Part shown: positions 59,615-64,000 of the stretch, in pieces
Layout of the letters: every line of letters begins with the position of its first letter
How positions within the stretch are numbered: position 1 is the first letter of the stretch
Assembly (NCBI GenBank): GCA_963848295.1
Contig: CAWKDB010000010.1
Coordinates: forward strand, 3,936,001-4,000,000
Reading direction: 5' to 3'
Source: an uncultured delta proteobacterium
Lineage (GTDB): Bacteria > Myxococcota_A > Polyangia > Haliangiales > Haliangiaceae
DNA length: 64,000 bases
Translations under genes and position numbers: made by a program
The notes under the pieces: model-generated
Told to the model about the DNA's origin: nothing
Seen by the model: the letters and a program-made list of their open reading frames with translations, nothing else
Database searches by the model: none

Positions 59615-60613
59615 CTACGCGACGGCTTGATCGTCGTCGGGCTCGGTCGGCGCTAGATCGCGACGGATCGCCTTGGCGAGCCGCTTGGCGAACTTCCGCG
59701 GGCGGGCCTCGAACGCGCCGCGGCTGGCCTTGCGCGCGGCCTTCATCAGGTCGGCGAGCTGGGCGTCGATCGCCATCAGCAAGTTGTCGAGCGCCTCGGG
59801 CGCGATGCCCTGGCTGTACGTGCGAACGAAGTCGCGGACCATGACGAGGTCGACCGCGGGGCTCTGGACGTCGGTGACCGCTTCGATCTCGTTGTGGAGC
59901 TGGGCGACCTGCGGACCGGCGAAGCCGCCGATCACTTCGAGCTGATATGCCAGCTCTTTGCTGCGGCGGCGCCACGAGTGGAACGACCGCTTGCCGCCCT
60001 TCGCGGCTTTGCGGGCGCGCCGCGCGTCGTCGTAGACACCGCGGATGCCCTTCGTGATGCTGCGTGTCGATAGGCCGGTCGGCAATGCGGCTTCGAGTGC
60101 CTCGACCTGGGCCGCGGCGCGCGCGGCGCCTTCGGCGAGCAGTTGCTTGATCTCGGCGAGCGGCGGCACCGCTTCACCGGCCAGCTTGACGATCGCGTTC
60201 GCCGTCGCGCGATCTTCTTCGCCGAGCGGTAGCTGCGCGAGCGCGTCGGGCGCGACCGCGTGATCGCGAGCCGTCGACAACGCGCGGCGCGCTTCCTGAA
60301 GCGCTCGACGGACCGCACGACGCTCGCTTTTCGGCAGCGCATCGGCGACGAGCGCGAGCACGGCGCGAGCACGGCGCAGCGCCTTGCGATAGTCGTGGAC
60401 GGCGGTGGCCGCACCGCGTTCCGCCGCGGCGGCCGCATCGCGCGCGGTCTCGGCAGTCGCTAGGAACTCGGCGACCAGCGCCTGGCGCAGCTCGATCTCG
60501 TGATCGAGCACGGACGCTTTGCCGCCGAACGGACCGAGCTTGTCGGCTTCGGCGTAGGACATCGGATCCAACTTTGCTTTCTCGGGGGTATCGATCGTCG
60601 TCGTCGTGGCCAT
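59615..60613 (-). CDS. CHAD-domain protein
   Basis: AVH..RKA.RR.RA, ARD, H.WRR..K.L.Y.LE. Confidence 0.85.
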   Translation of the reverse strand: MATTTTIDTPEKAKLDPMSYAEADKLGPFGGKASVLDHEIELRQALVAEFLATAETARDAAAAAERGAATAVHDYRKALRRARAVLALVADALPKSERRAVRRALQEARRALSTARDHAVAPDALAQLPLGEEDRATANAIVKLAGEAVPPLAEIKQLLAEGAARAAAQVEALEAALPTGLSTRSITKGIRGVYDDARRARKAAKGGKRSFHSWRRRSKELAYQLEVIGGFAGPQVAQLHNEIEAVTDVQSPAVDLVMVRDFVRTYSQGIAPEALDNLLMAIDAQLADLMKAARKASRGAFEARPRKFAKRLAKAIRRDLAPTEPDDDQAVA

Positions 60614-60723
60614 AGCGCGTCTGTATACAATGAGGCGTCCGGATTACCGCACCGACATCACAGATTCGTGCGGATCTGCCGAACTTGTCACAGAGCGCGT
60701 TTTGTCCGGATTAAGGTATCCGC

Positions 60724-61626
60724 GTGCCGCATTCGATTCTGTTCGACCCGGTCGAGAGTCCGTATCTCGTTCCGTACGACGACTCGTTCAAGATCAGCAA
60801 GGCCGCGACCGAGCCCCCATCGGACGCGGCGTCCAAGAAAGACAACATCGCGGCACTCGCCGAGTCGGTCGCGCGCCTCGAGAAGTTGCAGAAGCGGTTG
60901 TACGCCGACGATCGCTACGCGGTGTTACTCGTGTTCCAGGGCGTCGACGCCGCGGGCAAGGACGGCACGATACGCGCGGTGCTCAGCGGCGTGAATCCAC
61001 AAGGCTGTCAGGTCTATTCGTTCAAGCAGCCATCGCAAGAGGATCTCGATCACGACTTCATGTGGCGCGTCCAGCGCGCGCTGCCCGAGCGCGGTCGGAT
61101 CGGCGTGTTCAACCGCAGCCACTACGAAGAAGTGCTGGTCGTGCGCGTTCATCCCGAGCTGCTGCACCGTCAACAGCTGCCCTACGTCCCCGCGCAGCTC
61201 GACGATCTATGGGATCAACGCTACGAGTCGATCAACGCGGCAGAGAAGCATTGGGCCCGTAGCGGCACGGTCGTGTTGAAGTTCTATTTGAATGTCTCCA
61301 AGGAAGAGCAGAACCGGCGGTTCCTCGATCGCGTGCGAGATCCAGCCGACAACTGGAAGTTCACGGCGAGCGATTGGAGCGAGGCCGCCAAGCGCGACGC
61401 CTATCTCGACGCTTATCAAGCCGCGTTGCGCGCGACGAGCAAGCCGTGGGCCCCCTGGTACTGCATCCCGGCCGACTCGAAGAGCTACATGCGGCGCGCG
61501 GTCTCCGAGATCATCGTGAACACGATGACCCGGCTGCCGCTCGCGTTCCCGACGCCATCGGAGGCCGATAAGGCGATGATGGCGAAGGTCCGGCATGCGC
61601 TCGAGGCTGAAGTGCGCAAGTCGTGA
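60724..61626 (+). CDS. ppk2: Polyphosphate kinase 2 family (class III-like)
   Basis: FQG.DAAGKDG, SFK.PS, FNRSHYE, WKF..SD, APWY.IPAD.K. Confidence 0.93.
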   Translation: MPHSILFDPVESPYLVPYDDSFKISKAATEPPSDAASKKDNIAALAESVARLEKLQKRLYADDRYAVLLVFQGVDAAGKDGTIRAVLSGVNPQGCQVYSFKQPSQEDLDHDFMWRVQRALPERGRIGVFNRSHYEEVLVVRVHPELLHRQQLPYVPAQLDDLWDQRYESINAAEKHWARSGTVVLKFYLNVSKEEQNRRFLDRVRDPADNWKFTASDWSEAAKRDAYLDAYQAALRATSKPWAPWYCIPADSKSYMRRAVSEIIVNTMTRLPLAFPTPSEADKAMMAKVRHALEAEVRKS

Positions 61627-61636
61627 ACCGACCCCG

Positions 61637-62200
61637 TCAGAACGAGCCGCCGACCATCACGCCTGGTACCGGGCCGATCGAGGTCGGATAAGCCGCGGGC
61701 GTGATCATCAGTCTCGCGCGTTGCCGGTCGTTGTGCTTTCGCGCTGCGGCGGGCGCATGCACGATGTCGTAGATCATCCCGGCGCCGTAGCCGATCGCGC
61801 CGAGCGCGAACAGCGCCTCGCCCGAGCTCTGGTCCTTGCCTTGGCAATCGTCGAAACAAAATGCCTCGGCGATGCCGACGAGCGCGATGCTCGCCGACGC
61901 GGCGCGAATGCCCATGCCCCACGTCAGGTACTCGCCCGCGTACCACTCTCCGATCGACGGCGTCAGCGCCGAGCTCAGTAACCCGGCGGTGACGAGCTGA
62001 TCCGAGTTGGTCTTCGCGCCGATCGCGAACATGCCGACCGAGAGCGCGGCCCCGCCCAGTGACAAGCCGAGCGCGACGGTGGGATCCTTGTCATCCGCGG
62101 CGGCCGGCGGCGGTGGCGCGCTGACCGGCGTCATCCCGGGCGGATCTGCGGACGCGATGTGCGTAAGCGCGACGAGCACGATGACCGGGGTGAACCGCAT
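61637..62200 (-). CDS. Hypothetical exported/membrane protein
   Basis: Signal peptide MRFTP..ASA, PPGMT, PS.G.WYAG, C-terminal GVMVGGSF. Confidence 0.7.
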   Translation of the reverse strand: MRFTPVIVLVALTHIASADPPGMTPVSAPPPPAAADDKDPTVALGLSLGGAALSVGMFAIGAKTNSDQLVTAGLLSSALTPSIGEWYAGEYLTWGMGIRAASASIALVGIAEAFCFDDCQGKDQSSGEALFALGAIGYGAGMIYDIVHAPAAARKHNDRQRARLMITPAAYPTSIGPVPGVMVGGSF

Positions 62201-62381
62201 TGGACGCGGACATTGCAGCCCATGATCCAACCGCTATCCACCTGTGATCGCGGCAGCCCGCGGCAGGAATCCACCACTGGACTGTCAGAACGAACCGCGG
62301 ACCATCATGACGAGCGCGGTGCCGTGCTCGATGAACCCGACTGCTCGCAATCGTCGATGCACAGGCTCGCGGCGGCGCCCG

Positions 62382-63452
62382 CTAGTGACGGTCGATGCAG
62401 CCCGCGCTCACGGCCGCGATCGCATCGGCTTGCGCGGCCTTGTCGGCGAACACCGCTTCGCCCGAGCACGTCGAGGTGTCGCCGGCATAGCAGTGGATCG
62501 AAACATCGTTGCCCGCGACTGCGTGGACCGCGTCGTAGTAGAACGCGCCGCCACCGGTCGACCCGTTCGTATTGTTGTTGCCGCAGAACCAGAAGCTCAT
62601 CGTCGTGTGCGGATACGCGTAGGTCGCGCCGTCGGTGACGATGCTGTCGGCGTGCCACGCGGTCTTGTCGGCCGGCAGCACGCAATCCGGCGTGGTGCAA
62701 CTGCACGTCGTCGTCGATTCGATGCCGTCGATCGCGCCCGCCGGCAGCGGGTCGATCGGCTGCGGAATTTCCGGACAGAACGCCGGCGCCGGGCCGGTGT
62801 AGTCGGGCACATCGCAGCCGACGTCCATCTTCGACACCGCGGGACCGCTGACGATCATCGCGTAGTCGAACAGCGAGCCGAGCCCGTACGCGGCGAGCGA
62901 GTAGCCGATCGAAGCGCCGCCGCCGCTGGTGCCGCCGCCGCAGAAGCCTCCGCTCGTGTGGACGTTGTCGTGGATCCATTTGTAGGCGGTCGCCGGCAGG
63001 CAGCCGGAGTGCAGCGCGCCGACGCCGTGGATCTGCCAGTCGGCCGTCCACTTGAGCTGGACGACGCGCAGGTTCTTCGCGAGAAAGCCCTCGACCAGGT
63101 CGCCCGGGCCGGTCCCCCAATACGCGGTGCCGGCGCCGCCGTTGTGGAGCGTCATCGTGCCGACGGGGGCGGTCGCCGGCGTCGAGATCGCGATCTCGAC
63201 GGTGTCGGTATCGAGGCCGCCGCAATCGACGGCGAGCGACTGGCAGGTCGCGCCGGGCTCGGCGCCTGCGGTGCACGTCGTCGCCCGGGCGGTCACCGTA
63301 CCCAGCGGCAACGCGGTCGTGCCGCCGCTATCCGGCATCGTGTTGCCGTCGGGGGCGTCGGTCAGCACGTCGCCGGTCGTGCCGCCATCGACCGCGCCGG
63401 TTCCACCGTGGTTACAGGCAACGAGCAGCGAAGCTAGGATGTAAGTGCGCAT
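62382..63452 (-). CDS. Cys-rich lipoprotein with alpha/beta-hydrolase-like GxSxG
   Basis: Lipobox LVAC; GTSGG nucleophile-elbow-like motif. Confidence 0.65.
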   Translation of the reverse strand: MRTYILASLLVACNHGGTGAVDGGTTGDVLTDAPDGNTMPDSGGTTALPLGTVTARATTCTAGAEPGATCQSLAVDCGGLDTDTVEIAISTPATAPVGTMTLHNGGAGTAYWGTGPGDLVEGFLAKNLRVVQLKWTADWQIHGVGALHSGCLPATAYKWIHDNVHTSGGFCGGGTSGGGASIGYSLAAYGLGSLFDYAMIVSGPAVSKMDVGCDVPDYTGPAPAFCPEIPQPIDPLPAGAIDGIESTTTCSCTTPDCVLPADKTAWHADSIVTDGATYAYPHTTMSFWFCGNNNTNGSTGGGAFYYDAVHAVAGNDVSIHCYAGDTSTCSGEAVFADKAAQADAIAAVSAGCIDRH

Positions 63453-63523
63453 CCCCAGCGATGATGCAAACGGGCGGCCACGCCAAGTCCGCGCGAGCGA
63501 TAGACCGGCGGTACGTCGAGAGA

Positions 63524-64000
63524 TCAGTGGTCCCGCGGCGGCAGCGGCGGCTCGTCGCGATAGATCGGACCGTCGACCGCATCGTCGACCGCGTCATCGA
63601 GCTGGTCGATCGGCGCCGACGGTTCGAGCTCGTGGATCGGGGCGGCGGGTGCATCCGGTACGCCGGTGTCACGCGATGGCGTTCGCGCGACGAGGAATTC
63701 GGTCACTATCGACCCGGCGACGACCGCGGTCACGACCCATGCCAGCGCTTCGTCCTTCGCGAGCGCGTCGGTGCTGATCACGAGCGCGATCGACAAGCCC
63801 GACAGCGGCGTGATGAGCTGCCGTTGACCCGCGAACGAGCTCGGCAGCGAGGCACCGACCGCGGTCTTCGCGGCGACCACACCCGCCCACTTGCCGATCG
63901 CGCGGCCCGCGACGAACAACGGCACGAGCACCCAGCCGCGCCAGTCGCGGACATCCCACACCGCGCCGACGATGATCAGGAACAGCAAGTGCACCGGTCG
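63524..64000 (-). CDS. 3' part of cation/H+ antiporter-like membrane protein (partial)
   Basis: TM helices, GR..GK..G motif, acidic tail; open to the window end. Confidence 0.6.
   Translation of the reverse strand, partial: RPVHLLFLIIVGAVWDVRDWRGWVLVPLFVAGRAIGKWAGVVAAKTAVGASLPSSFAGQRQLITPLSGLSIALVISTDALAKDEALAWVVTAVVAGSIVTEFLVARTPSRDTGVPDAPAAPIHELEPSAPIDQLDDAVDDAVDGPIYRDEPPLPPRDH

Overview
This is a 64 kb, very GC-rich bacterial window. Gene content (MYXO-CTERM surface protein, Ser/Thr kinase, many Cys-lipoproteins, a Myxococcus-like LexA box) points to a myxobacterium; the taxonomy is inferred. I found no rRNA, tRNA or canonical CRISPR-Cas. Main content: (i) two apparently identical 3,252-bp IS256-family elements (2590-5841, 49718-52969). 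Each has its own target-site duplication and carries a 566-aa passenger gene resembling an OB/cold-shock + DUF4261-like + SUFU-like immunity protein; copy 2 splits an outer-membrane protein gene. (ii) A RAYT-like HUH (Y1) transposase bracketed by inverted copies of a short motif, with that motif expanded into an irregular ~9-unit tandem array on the gene's 5' side. (iii) A dispersed imuA / imuB / dnaE2 mutagenesis cassette with matching LexA-type boxes, and a BsuBI/PstI-like restriction-modification pair directly after imuA. (iv) Small palindromic elements: a 305-bp long-inverted-repeat element and a 63-bp double hairpin apparently inserted in frame in a GNAT gene. (v) Tryptophan-catabolism, polyamine, polyphosphate, redox and signalling genes. 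Five +1 frameshifts in three genes are most likely sequencing errors. All family calls come from motif recognition by eye; no database searches were run.
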